Source: Minisyncoccia bacterium (GTDB lineage Bacteria > Patescibacteriota > Minisyncoccia > Phycocordibacterales > UBA9973). Taken from it: 64,000 bases of DNA. The notes under the pieces are model-generated. The model had not been told where the DNA came from. It ran no database searches and saw nothing but the letters and a program-made list of their open reading frames with translations. Numbering within the stretch: the stretch's first letter is position 1; each line of letters begins with the position of its first letter. Location of the stretch: positions 345,319 to 409,318 of the forward strand of contig CBFHKH010000001.1 of the NCBI GenBank assembly GCA_965656375.1, written 5' to 3'. Of the stretch, positions 8,540 through 18,299 are shown piece after piece. The translations under genes were made by a program, and so were the position numbers.

Positions 8540-11500
8540 ATGAATTCGAAGTTTATTCATCTCCATACCCATTCGCACTATTCCCTACTCGATGGATTGT
8601 CAAAAATCGAAAAAATGGTTGAAATTGCAAAGGATGCGGGTATGCCCGCGATGGCACTTACTGATCATGGCAATATGTATGGAGCTATTGAATTCTATAA
8701 GGAATGCAAAAAAGCTGGAATTAAGCCGATATTAGGATGTGAAGTATATGTTGCTGAACGGCGTATGGAGGATAAGGAACCAGGTATAGACAACAAGCGC
8801 TACCACCTCATACTTCTTGCAAAGAATTTACAAGGATACAAAAACTTGATGCGGATAGTAACCGAAGCAAATTTGAAAGGTTACTATTACAAGCCTCGCG
8901 TGGATATGGAGCTACTCCGAGAATTTCATGAGGGCATCATTGCGCTTTCCGGATGCATGGGAGGAAAGCTCTCACGTGCAGTCCTTTCAGGTAATGAAGA
9001 AAATGTTGAAGAACTTATCCGAGAACATATCGATGTCTTCGGTAAAGAAAATTATTTCATAGAAATTCAGTCACACCCGCACATCGAACGTGATAGAGAG
9101 CTTCGAGAGAAACTCGTAACGCTTGCAAAAAAACATGACCTTACCTACGTAGCAACCCAAGACTCACACTACCCGTGCAAAGATGATCATGAAGCACACC
9201 ATACACTCCTTCAAGTAAACACTGGTGCAGATGGTAAGGATTCGAGTAAATTTGAATTCTCTGATGATGATTTTTCGCTTATAAACGAAAAGACTGCTTT
9301 AGAATACTTTAGTGACTTCCCTGAAGCCGTTACGAATGCAAAGTTTGTAAATGATCTCTGCGAAGAATATGATCTTGAGCTTGGGAAAGCATACTTCCCT
9401 GACTTTCCTATACCCGATGGAACTACCGCTGACGGAATGCTAAAAGATTTAGCGTATAAGGGATTTGCATTCCGCGCGCTTCCACAATCGCAAGAATACG
9501 TGGACCGCCTCGAATATGAGCTTGAAATAATACAGCAAAAAAAATACCCGACATACTTCCTTGTAGTGGGAGATCTGCTCAGGTACGCCCGCGAACACGG
9601 AATACTTACCAATATCAGAGGTTCAGTTGCAGGTTCGCTTACAACGTATCTTCTCGGTGTTACAAATGTCGATCCACTGGAATACAAGTTACCATTCGAG
9701 CGATTTCTCAATCCTGAGCGTCCATCACTGCCTGATATTGATATGGACTTCGCTGATAACAGACGAGATGAAATTATCGCCTATACAAAGCAAAAATATG
9801 GAGAGGATAAAGTGGCGCAAGTTGGAACATTTGGAACCATGATGGCCAAAGGCTCCATTCGCGATGTCGCTCGAGCACTCGGCTATCCGTATACAGTAGG
9901 AGATAGAATATCAAGCATGATTCCACTTGGTTCACAAGGTATGCCCATGACAATCGATCATGCATTTGAGCTTGTACCAGATTTAAAAACTGCCTATGAT
10001 AAAGAACCTGACACCAAAAGGATTATTGATCTTGCGAAAAAGATGGAAGGATGTGTTCGTCACATCTCTGTCCATGCAGCAGGTGTTGTGATCGCCCCTA
10101 AACCACTATATGAATTCTCTCCTGTACAATTTGATCCAAAAGGCGGAAATATTATTACTCAATATGACATGTATAGCATCGAGGACGCAGGACTACCGAA
10201 ATTCGACTTCCTCGGAATTCGAAACCTTGCCATCCTCGCTGACGCAGTATCACTCGTAAAAACTCTCCACGGTATAGATGTAGATCTCGACAAGATTCCG
10301 CTCAATGATCGAAAGACATTTGAAATGTTAGCCCGAGGAGAAACGATGGGCCTATTCCAGTTGAATGGTTCAGGTATGACGCACTTCCTCAAGGAACTTC
10401 GTGCGACGACGATTCACGATATCAATGCGATGGTGGCTCTCTATCGCCCAGGGCCGATGCAATTTATCCCATTGTATATTGAGCGCAAACACAACCCAAA
10501 ACTTATCAAATACATGGATCCTGCGCTCGAACCGATCCTCAAGCAGACTTATGGCGTCCTTGTATATCAGGATGATCTCCTTATGATTGCCATTCACATC
10601 GCAGGGTATAGCTGGGGTGAAGCCGATAAATTCCGTAAAGCAGTGGGAAAGAAAATTCCAAAAGAAATGGCCGAGCAGAAAGATCGCTTTATTAATGGCT
10701 GCGTAGAGCATAGTAAATGGCCACTCAAAAAAGCACAGCAGCTCTGGGATCAGATCGAACCATTCGCTGCGTATGGATTCAACAAAGCACACTCAGCAAG
10801 CTATGGCAGAGTCGCATACCAGACTGCATACATGAAAGCAAACTTCCCTGTCGAATACATGTGTGCCATTATGACTGCTGAGTCAGGAGATGTAGAAAAA
10901 GTCGCTGAAATTGTTCATGAATGTGAAAAGATGAATATACTAGTACTTCCACCGAGCATCAATGAAAGCTATGGCGGATTTACCGTCATAGCAGGTTCCG
11001 ACAAGACTACAGAACGAGCAATCAGGTTCGGACTTTATACGATTAAAAATTTGGGTACTGACATCGCAGATGCAATTATCGCTGAGCGTAAAGCAGGTCC
11101 ATATACGAGCCTTACCAATTTCTTCGAACGCATCAATCATAAAAATCTAAATAAAAAGTCAGTAGAAGCGCTTGCAAAGTCAGGAGCGATGGATGAACTC
11201 GGAGATAGAAATACCATCATTGGTAATTTGGAAATATTACTTGCGTTTAATAAGGAATCACGCGGAGTTGCAGCTCAAGATTCATTGTTTGGTGCTATCG
11301 GTGGTATTGAAGCAAAACTCGTACTTACATCACAACCTGAAGCAACGGTGAATGAAAAACTCACATGGGAGAAAGAGCTTCTCGGGCTCTATATCTCAGG
11401 TCATCCGCTTGATGCATACAGGGAAAAGATTGAAAAATTCGGCACTCCAATCAAAAAGATAAAAACAGAAACTAGAATAGGAATGCCCGTAACAGTAGCA

Positions 11501-11725
11501 GCAATTATTGATGATATTAGAGTCGTTACTACCAAGAACAATGCCCAAATGGCATTTATCAAAATCTCAGACTTTGCAGGATCAGTAGATGCTGTTATAT
11601 TCTCAAAGTTGTACACATCTACAAGAGACATACTCGTAAAAGACACAATCATCGCACTAGAAGGTAAAGTCACCGAACGCAACGGCGAACGGAGTATTAT
11701 GATCGAGAGCTTTAAGAGAATCTAA
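8540..11725 (+). CDS. dnaE: DNA polymerase III alpha subunit
   Basis: N-terminal PHP domain LHTHSHYSLLDG; 1061 aa. Confidence 0.95.
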   Translation: MNSKFIHLHTHSHYSLLDGLSKIEKMVEIAKDAGMPAMALTDHGNMYGAIEFYKECKKAGIKPILGCEVYVAERRMEDKEPGIDNKRYHLILLAKNLQGYKNLMRIVTEANLKGYYYKPRVDMELLREFHEGIIALSGCMGGKLSRAVLSGNEENVEELIREHIDVFGKENYFIEIQSHPHIERDRELREKLVTLAKKHDLTYVATQDSHYPCKDDHEAHHTLLQVNTGADGKDSSKFEFSDDDFSLINEKTALEYFSDFPEAVTNAKFVNDLCEEYDLELGKAYFPDFPIPDGTTADGMLKDLAYKGFAFRALPQSQEYVDRLEYELEIIQQKKYPTYFLVVGDLLRYAREHGILTNIRGSVAGSLTTYLLGVTNVDPLEYKLPFERFLNPERPSLPDIDMDFADNRRDEIIAYTKQKYGEDKVAQVGTFGTMMAKGSIRDVARALGYPYTVGDRISSMIPLGSQGMPMTIDHAFELVPDLKTAYDKEPDTKRIIDLAKKMEGCVRHISVHAAGVVIAPKPLYEFSPVQFDPKGGNIITQYDMYSIEDAGLPKFDFLGIRNLAILADAVSLVKTLHGIDVDLDKIPLNDRKTFEMLARGETMGLFQLNGSGMTHFLKELRATTIHDINAMVALYRPGPMQFIPLYIERKHNPKLIKYMDPALEPILKQTYGVLVYQDDLLMIAIHIAGYSWGEADKFRKAVGKKIPKEMAEQKDRFINGCVEHSKWPLKKAQQLWDQIEPFAAYGFNKAHSASYGRVAYQTAYMKANFPVEYMCAIMTAESGDVEKVAEIVHECEKMNILVLPPSINESYGGFTVIAGSDKTTERAIRFGLYTIKNLGTDIADAIIAERKAGPYTSLTNFFERINHKNLNKKSVEALAKSGAMDELGDRNTIIGNLEILLAFNKESRGVAAQDSLFGAIGGIEAKLVLTSQPEATVNEKLTWEKELLGLYISGHPLDAYREKIEKFGTPIKKIKTETRIGMPVTVAAIIDDIRVVTTKNNAQMAFIKISDFAGSVDAVIFSKLYTSTRDILVKDTIIALEGKVTERNGERSIMIESFKRI

Positions 11726-12789
11726 TGAGAGAGTAGAAAATTTCGAAGTATTTGATAATACTTTTCCATACTTGGAATATCAGCCCATTCATTGTCTCCT
11801 CCAATATCCCCACCAATTGGCCCGAATTCTATACCAGGACAATTTACTCTTGCAAAATGTCTTGCATCTGATGTTCCATTTGCTCCACGTAATGGTATTT
11901 TCTTGCCGAGCACCTCTTCGCATGTTTGTTTTAGTGATTGAATATACATGTTATCTGGAGCGGTTTGAAGAGCAGGTTCATTTTCAAGGATAGTGAGCTT
12001 AAATCCTTTTGGCATGATTTTTTTGAGGTTTTTAATAATAGAATCAGCGTTTTTTTCTACAAACCGTATGTCCAAACTAATAGTACAGTCATCTGGAACT
12101 TTATTAAGGGATGTATTACTTGTTTCTATCATACTTACATTCACTGTAGTAACCCATTCTTCTTTTTTAGGAATCGGATACTTTTTCTCTAATGAATTCA
12201 AGAATTTATTCATTGCCCAGATTGAATTTTTACCTCTCCAAGGATATGCTCCATGTGCTGATGTACCTTTTGTAGAAATACGTACAATTAAAATACCTTT
12301 TGCTTTATATACGATATCAAAATTTGTAGGCTCTCCTGCGAGCACAAAATCTGAGCGTACCCCCATATCAACTTGATACTTTGTTCCATCAAAACCTCCG
12401 ATCTCCTCATCAGTAACAAGCTGCAGACCTAAAGGGTACGAAACTGTATCTGCTACATCTTTAAATACTGTTACCAGAGCTGCAACGCTTGCTTTCATAT
12501 CCATAGACCCAACTCCGTACAATTTATTCCCTACTACTTTCGGAGTATATTGATACTCCTTACCAGCAACGACATCAATATGGCCATTTAGAATTATTTT
12601 AAATTTCTTAGGTCTTTTCTTTCTGTTGTATACCAATACACTTTTTACATTATTATGATCAAACCTTTCAATTGTAAATTTTTTTAAGTCTTGTATTGCA
12701 AGATCTAATGCCTCTTCGAGGATAAGAGGATTATCAGGTGTGGTCTTTAATTTTATAAGATTTTTAGTTAATTCAAGTATTTTCTTCAT
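11722..12789 (-). CDS. M20-family metallopeptidase (ArgE/DapE-type deacylase)
   Basis: 355 aa with the M20 dimetal-site pattern (HIDVV...GxxDMK...E). Confidence 0.7.
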   Translation of the reverse strand: MKKILELTKNLIKLKTTPDNPLILEEALDLAIQDLKKFTIERFDHNNVKSVLVYNRKKRPKKFKIILNGHIDVVAGKEYQYTPKVVGNKLYGVGSMDMKASVAALVTVFKDVADTVSYPLGLQLVTDEEIGGFDGTKYQVDMGVRSDFVLAGEPTNFDIVYKAKGILIVRISTKGTSAHGAYPWRGKNSIWAMNKFLNSLEKKYPIPKKEEWVTTVNVSMIETSNTSLNKVPDDCTISLDIRFVEKNADSIIKNLKKIMPKGFKLTILENEPALQTAPDNMYIQSLKQTCEEVLGKKIPLRGANGTSDARHFARVNCPGIEFGPIGGDIGGDNEWADIPSMEKYYQILRNFLLSH

Positions 12790-12834
12790 AAGAAATAAGC
12801 CGTATATATAAATATACAGCTTATTGTAACATAG

Positions 12835-14190
12835 TTACCGTATCTCAGCATATACAGTTTTCTCGTTCCCATGAATTCTTTTTCTTTTACCTTCTGAAGA
12901 ATCAAGTGGCATGAAGTTTCTAAATCCCCCGATGAAATCATAGTCTACGCCATCTGTAGCAAAAAATACTCTATCAATGTATGTAAACAAAGTTCCATCA
13001 AGACTACATTCAGTAGGAGTTTTTAATTCAGGCTGAATGATATATGGACCTCTCTTTTGCAAATTACTTTTTAGGTCATCTCTGAATTTCTTGTCAATCG
13101 GAAGTCCGCTGACATGACCATAACACCCATACGCATTTTTCATTGGTTTACCGCGAAGCGTAACCATGCCCGTCCTAATTTCCGTAGAGTCAACACCACA
13201 TGACAGTAAATATTCTTCGCATAAACGAGAGAAATAGATACCAGTATAGTCTTTTGCAGCATTCCCGTTCGCCAAATACTCAATAAATTCATGTGAGAAA
13301 ATATCTTTGGGCGAAGTAGCCGTATATCCCATACCCATACGTGGCATGTACTCCTTGGTGTCGTTGATCAGTGAAGAGTAACAAGCACCTGGAGTATCAA
13401 TATTAAGCGTAAGAGAATGAGTCTTTATCACGCTTCGAAGAAATGGATCCGATAATAGAGGATGGATAACCTCAAAATCAGGCTTCTTTAATTTATCAAG
13501 TGGATCTGAAGTTCGGGCATACAGTAGATATTTACACTTACCGTTGTTAGCTTTTACGTGTTCTTTGAATTCTTTTGGACCAAGCAAACAGTCAAAGCCT
13601 GAAGCTTTTTTTACTTCTTCGCTTGTTATAAGTTCATCTTTTGATTTGCCAAATTCAGATAATTTAATTTCTTCATACTTTTGATCAGTTACAGCAAGTA
13701 ATGCAATAGGCATATTGTAGATATACTGTATCTTATGAAGATGAGCCCGGAAAGCTTGTTTAAACAAACTTTCTTCTTCGCTTCCCGGAAACAAATTTTG
13801 CAGAAACTGATACACCGCAAGTGAATTTTCTATCTCAAATATTTTGTTGCGTACCATTTCTACGACATGATCAACTGAGAGCATACTCGCAGTATCTAGA
13901 AACTGTTGTGTGAGACCACACATATCTATTTGCACGAAACAATTAGCCTGTTTTAGTCCTGTTCTGCAATATTGATAGTCAGTTGTAAATTCTCTGTTTG
14001 CTTCCACTAGGGGTATGAACGCTTGATTGTACTCTTTGTACAGCCTTTTAAGTGCGTTTATAACTACATCCGGGTATACAACAGTATATTCCGAAAAAAT
14101 GAGAGGGTTACCGTTACAATATGTAACTCCTCTTTGTGTTACAGGGCTACCGAGCACCTGGTTCGTCATACGTAGGTTGTTGTTGTTCAT
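12835..14190 (-). CDS. conserved-looking hypothetical protein of 451 aa with no recognisable family
   Basis: Long ORF with GGAGGG ribosome-binding site 8 nt upstream of the ATG; a 36-bp palindrome lies in its leader. Confidence 0.5.
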   Translation of the reverse strand: MNNNNLRMTNQVLGSPVTQRGVTYCNGNPLIFSEYTVVYPDVVINALKRLYKEYNQAFIPLVEANREFTTDYQYCRTGLKQANCFVQIDMCGLTQQFLDTASMLSVDHVVEMVRNKIFEIENSLAVYQFLQNLFPGSEEESLFKQAFRAHLHKIQYIYNMPIALLAVTDQKYEEIKLSEFGKSKDELITSEEVKKASGFDCLLGPKEFKEHVKANNGKCKYLLYARTSDPLDKLKKPDFEVIHPLLSDPFLRSVIKTHSLTLNIDTPGACYSSLINDTKEYMPRMGMGYTATSPKDIFSHEFIEYLANGNAAKDYTGIYFSRLCEEYLLSCGVDSTEIRTGMVTLRGKPMKNAYGCYGHVSGLPIDKKFRDDLKSNLQKRGPYIIQPELKTPTECSLDGTLFTYIDRVFFATDGVDYDFIGGFRNFMPLDSSEGKRKRIHGNEKTVYAEIR

Positions 14191-14254
14191 CTGTAAGTCC
14201 CTCCATGGACTTTGTTTTGGTTTTTTAAATTTTAAAAGATCTGCTGCTTTCTAC

Positions 14255-14290
14255 AGCACGTTGGTGGGGTGGCCACTCCACCAACGTGCT
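14255..14290. promoter_or_regulatory. near-perfect 36-bp palindrome (AGCACGTTGGTGGGGTGG|CCACTCCACCAACGTGCT, one central mismatch) about 65 nt upstream of the 451-aa gene
   Basis: Read directly from the sequence; candidate operator or RNA hairpin. Confidence 0.5.
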
Positions 14291-14309
14291 AGAGATAGCA
14301 TGTAACCTA

Positions 14310-14340
14310 AAACACCAGCCTTAGAAAGCTGGTGTTTGTT
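14310..14340 (-). terminator. hairpin AAACACCAGC/GCTGGTGTTT with a flanking U-run
   Basis: 10-bp stem plus T-run. Confidence 0.4.
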
Positions 14341-14503
14341 TTGTTGGGAGAGGAGTCTAACAACGCAAAAATCAACTTTCTAAGGGGAATAGAAAGTGCC
14401 AAAAATATGCAACTGTTGCGATTTCATATTTCTTTTTTTGTGGCGCAGTAGTAACCATACTTAATTTGTAACATACAGTGAAAAATTATGCAATGGTAAT
14501 AGA

Positions 14504-14527
14504 AAATCCCCCATGCGGGGGATTTTC
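14504..14527 (-). terminator. intrinsic terminator of the glucosaminidase-like gene (AAAATCCCCC-ATGC-GGGGGATTTT)
   Basis: Perfect 10-bp stem immediately 3' of the stop codon. Confidence 0.55.
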
Positions 14528-14534
14528 TTGGTAT

Positions 14535-15107
14535 TTAAACTATTTCTTCGGTATCGTCGATCATTTTCATGATTCGGATTACTTTGCTTGTATAGGTAGG
14601 AATGACTGAATTATATTTTCCTAAGATTTGCTTGGTATTTTTCCCTTCATAGTGATGGGCAGTACTATCCAAGTTCCCCCCGAGACTTGCTGAGACTCTT
14701 TCTATGGATTCATCAACTGATTTGAAGTTGATTTTACATGAACCATATCCAAGGAAGCTATTTGTAGCCTTTTTACAGGCATGGCGTCCGAAAGTGGATT
14801 CTACTCCTGCGATTGCTGGAAGCAAGCGCCAGTCGATATTATTTTTATCTGCCTCGAGAACGAACTTCATACCATACCCTTCAAGCGGTGAGTTGTACGA
14901 TGCAAGCAATGCATCTACCTTCTCTGCACGTTCTTTGCGATCGAGAGCTTCTGGTGTTGTTATCACCGTTGCTTCATTCACTGCATTTTGGTCAAGAACT
15001 ACAGCAGGACTTGGAATAGGACTTACTCCTACAAGTGGTGTAGCTACTGCAAGCATTGGAATAGCTACTACTGACTGTACGAACTTTATAATTTTGTGTT
15101 TATTCAT
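14535..15107 (-). CDS. secreted glucosaminidase-domain protein (GH73 / FlgJ-like)
   Basis: Signal peptide; AIAGVESTFGRHA...NSFLGYGS resembles the ESGWG...NNLFG motifs of the family; ATG at 15105-15107. Confidence 0.45.
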   Translation of the reverse strand: MNKHKIIKFVQSVVAIPMLAVATPLVGVSPIPSPAVVLDQNAVNEATVITTPEALDRKERAEKVDALLASYNSPLEGYGMKFVLEADKNNIDWRLLPAIAGVESTFGRHACKKATNSFLGYGSCKINFKSVDESIERVSASLGGNLDSTAHHYEGKNTKQILGKYNSVIPTYTSKVIRIMKMIDDTEEIV

Positions 15108-15299
15108 AGTTGGTGGTCTACGGTCCACCGTAACGCTCCCTCTCGAGGAGAGAGTTTATCTCAAGAAGGTATCTAAAGATATCTGCTCAAAATAAAAAGC
15201 CCATATATATCATCAACGTGACAACATACTTGGACGTACTAGAATAGTATCACAAACTGGGAATAAAGTCAATAGTTATACAATGGTTTTTTGTATCGT

Positions 15300-15342
15300 C
15301 AAACATAAAATACCCTTATTTTATAAGGGTATTTTATGTTTG
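15300..15342. terminator. 19-bp perfect palindrome (CAAACATAAAATACCCTTA-TTT-TAAGGGTATTTTATGTTTG), likely the bidirectional terminator after secA
   Basis: Inverted repeat about 125 nt 3' of the secA stop codon. Confidence 0.5.
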
Positions 15343-15465
15343 AGTGCTTGACAAATTCATTTAAAAATTGTCCAATTAACCTTTAAAACAAGGTTTTTAG
15401 AGAAATTTTGACAAGAGTGAGACTTTATCTTTTAAAAAACCTTATTTTATAAAGATTTTAACCCA

Positions 15466-17946
15466 TTATTCTTTTCCATGGCAGTTCTTATACTTCTTGC
15501 CAGATCCACAGTAACAAGGATCGTTGCGGCCGATCTTTTGTTCATTTTTTACCGTTTGAGGGGCGGTTGTAGGAGTATTCCCTGTGTCGCTTGGAGATTG
15601 GAGGATGAGCGTAGGCTCAGCTTCCCTTATAGTTGAAGCACTATTCCCTGCCTGATCAGTCATAGTCTTTATAAGAGATACTACTTGTTCACGGAACAAG
15701 GCCTCCATCTCTTTAAATAATCGTAATCCTTCCTTTTTATACTCAATTAGTGGTTCTCGCTGACCGTAGGCACGCAGGTTCACAGATGAACGTGTATATT
15801 CCATAGTCTCAAGATGCTCCACCCACAGTGTATCTGTGGTATAGAGGGCTATACGGCGGACCGTTTCATAGAAATTGCTATCTCCAACTGAGGCACGCTT
15901 CTCGACGATACTCTCAGGAAGTTCCGTGTATTCACTGGATAGATCATCCAAGAAAGTCTGTATGGCATCGATATCGCCAGTAAGCATCTGACGTCTTCGA
16001 TCATAGATGACCTTACGCTGATGATTCATAACATTGTCGTATTCGAGGGTATGCTTACGAGCATCAAAGTGGAAACCTTCGATCTTTGCCTGTGCATTCT
16101 CAAGAGTTTTTGAAATAAACCGATTTTCAATAGGTTGATCTTCTGGAATGCCAAAGCGACCCATCATGGTCTTGATGCGGTCAGATCCGAAGATTCGCAT
16201 AAGATCATCTTCGAGAGATACATAGAATGCAGTCTCACCTGGGTCGCCCTGACGGCCTGAACGACCTCGAAGCTGATTGTCGATACGTCGAGCTTCATGA
16301 CGCTCAGTTCCAATAACAAAAAGACCTCCGAGAGCTTTTACTTCTTGGTAATGAGTGTCGTCATATGGTACACCTCCGAGCTTGATATCAACTCCACGTC
16401 CTGCCATATTTGTAGCTACAGTCACTGCACCTTTTCTTCCTGCATTCGCAATAATCTCACCCTCACGTTCATGGTTCTTTGCGTTTAATACGGTATGAGG
16501 AACACCTGCTTGAGTCAAATATGCAGAGAGCAGCTCATTTTTTTCAATTGATACAGTACCAAGGAGTACTGGTTGACCACGATCATGTAATTCTTTGACC
16601 TTTTTAGCAACTGCCTCGAATTTACCTTTTTCAGTCTGGTAGATAAGATCTGTATGGTCCTTTCTATTGATAGGACGATGAGTAGGAACGACGACAACAT
16701 CGAGGTTATAGACCTTTAAAAATTCCTCTTTCGAAGTTTCTGCAGTACCAGTCATACCGGCAAGCTTGTCATAAAATCTAAAGTAATTTTGGAATGTAAT
16801 GGATGCGACAGCTCGAGTTTCTTTTTCGATCTTTACCCCTTCTTTCGCTTCGATCGCCTGGTGCAAACCTTCGCTCCATCGTCTTCCTGGCTGCAACCGT
16901 CCGGTAAATGAATCAACAATGATCACCTCACCATCTTTAACGACATAATCCTTATTATTCTCATACAGCGCACGCGCTTTAACGGCAGTCTCGAGATGAT
17001 GAACGTACTTGATGCCTTTTTCTGTATATATATCTGTAATACCAAGCAAACTTTCTGCTTTCGTTATACCCCCGTCAGTCAAAGATATCGCTCGTAATTT
17101 CTCGTCGACTGTATAGTCTTCTTCTTTTCTCAATTGTCCGGAAATCTTTGCAAATGTATAGTAGAGATCCTCAGAATCTTCTGTCGCAGAGGAGATAATG
17201 AGCGGCGTACGAGATTCATCGATCAAAATTGAGTCCACTTCATCGACAATAGCAAAATGATGCGATCGTTGAGTGATCTCCCCTACACTACGGGCAAGGT
17301 TATCACGCAAGAAATCAAAGCCGAACTCGTTATTCGTACCATATGTAATATCACATGCGTATGCTTCGGTACGTGAGCACGGACGAAGAAACTCGTATTG
17401 AACTTTAAACGCAGTCATGTCCTCGGACTCGAGAGTATCCTGATGGGAAGAATCATAGATGTAAGATGTATTTTGAGAATTTACTACTCCTACAGTCATA
17501 CCGAGCAAAGAAAAGATCGGGCCCATCCATACTGCATCACGACGACTCAAATAATCATTCACGGTAACAATATGCACACCCTTTCCTGGAAGAGCATTCA
17601 GGTATGCGGGGGATGTCGCAACGAGAGTTTTACCTTCACCTGTTCGCATCTCTGCAATATTTCTATTATGAAGTGCAATGCCTCCGATAAGCTGCACATC
17701 ATAGTGACGTTCATTTCGAACTCGAAATGATGCCTCACGCACGAGCGCGAATGCTTCAGGAAGAAGATCGTCCAGAGTTTCACCATTCTCTAAACGGGTT
17801 CTAAATTCAGTTGTCTTCTCGGCAAAATCTGCATCTCTAAGCTCTTTAAATGTCGATTCGAGGGCATTTATCTTAGCCACAAGAGGGTTCCATTTCTTTA
17901 TTTGCCGGTCATTGGTATTTCCGAATATACTTTGTAATATAGCCAT
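15466..17946 (-). CDS. secA: preprotein translocase ATPase SecA
   Basis: 826 aa; DEAD-like motor motifs; C-terminal CYCGSGKKYKNCHG zinc site. Confidence 0.95.
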   Translation of the reverse strand: MAILQSIFGNTNDRQIKKWNPLVAKINALESTFKELRDADFAEKTTEFRTRLENGETLDDLLPEAFALVREASFRVRNERHYDVQLIGGIALHNRNIAEMRTGEGKTLVATSPAYLNALPGKGVHIVTVNDYLSRRDAVWMGPIFSLLGMTVGVVNSQNTSYIYDSSHQDTLESEDMTAFKVQYEFLRPCSRTEAYACDITYGTNNEFGFDFLRDNLARSVGEITQRSHHFAIVDEVDSILIDESRTPLIISSATEDSEDLYYTFAKISGQLRKEEDYTVDEKLRAISLTDGGITKAESLLGITDIYTEKGIKYVHHLETAVKARALYENNKDYVVKDGEVIIVDSFTGRLQPGRRWSEGLHQAIEAKEGVKIEKETRAVASITFQNYFRFYDKLAGMTGTAETSKEEFLKVYNLDVVVVPTHRPINRKDHTDLIYQTEKGKFEAVAKKVKELHDRGQPVLLGTVSIEKNELLSAYLTQAGVPHTVLNAKNHEREGEIIANAGRKGAVTVATNMAGRGVDIKLGGVPYDDTHYQEVKALGGLFVIGTERHEARRIDNQLRGRSGRQGDPGETAFYVSLEDDLMRIFGSDRIKTMMGRFGIPEDQPIENRFISKTLENAQAKIEGFHFDARKHTLEYDNVMNHQRKVIYDRRRQMLTGDIDAIQTFLDDLSSEYTELPESIVEKRASVGDSNFYETVRRIALYTTDTLWVEHLETMEYTRSSVNLRAYGQREPLIEYKKEGLRLFKEMEALFREQVVSLIKTMTDQAGNSASTIREAEPTLILQSPSDTGNTPTTAPQTVKNEQKIGRNDPCYCGSGKKYKNCHGKE

Positions 17947-17967
17947 AATCTCCGTATTTTAGCACAA

Positions 17968-17997
17968 AAAGAAAATCCCCGATAGAGAGGGGATTTT
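17968..17997 (-). terminator. hairpin GAAAATCCCC-GATAGAGA-GGGGATTTTC 3' of the small Lys/Ala-rich ORF
   Basis: 10-bp stem. Confidence 0.45.
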
Positions 17998-18021
17998 CTT
18001 AAGCTATTGAAAGAAAAGAGA

Positions 18022-18117
18022 TTAGATCTTCTTTTTCTTTGCTGCTGTCTTTTTCTTAGCTGCTTTCTTTACAGTTTTCTTAGCTGTCTTTTTAGCTGCC
18101 TTCTTTTTTGCTGCCAT
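18022..18117 (-). CDS. putative 31-aa Lys/Ala-rich basic peptide (MAAKKKAAKKTAKKTVKKAAKKKTAAKKKKI), resembling a histone-H1 tail
   Basis: Translated codon by codon from the sequence; too short to appear in the ORF track; no Shine-Dalgarno sequence. Confidence 0.3.
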   Translation of the reverse strand: MAAKKKAAKKTAKKTVKKAAKKKTAAKKKKI

Positions 18118-18299
18118 ATATTTTAAAAAATTATTTTTAAAAGATGTGTGATTTCACGACCTTACAAAATAAAAAAATTTTGTAAAAAAATTAATCACAC
18201 TCACACATACATTATCTTATATATAAAATGCAACTGCAATACTTTTTACAAGAAAAGTGTGGATAACTTTTTATTTTTATAAATCGTTACAAAAAATTT

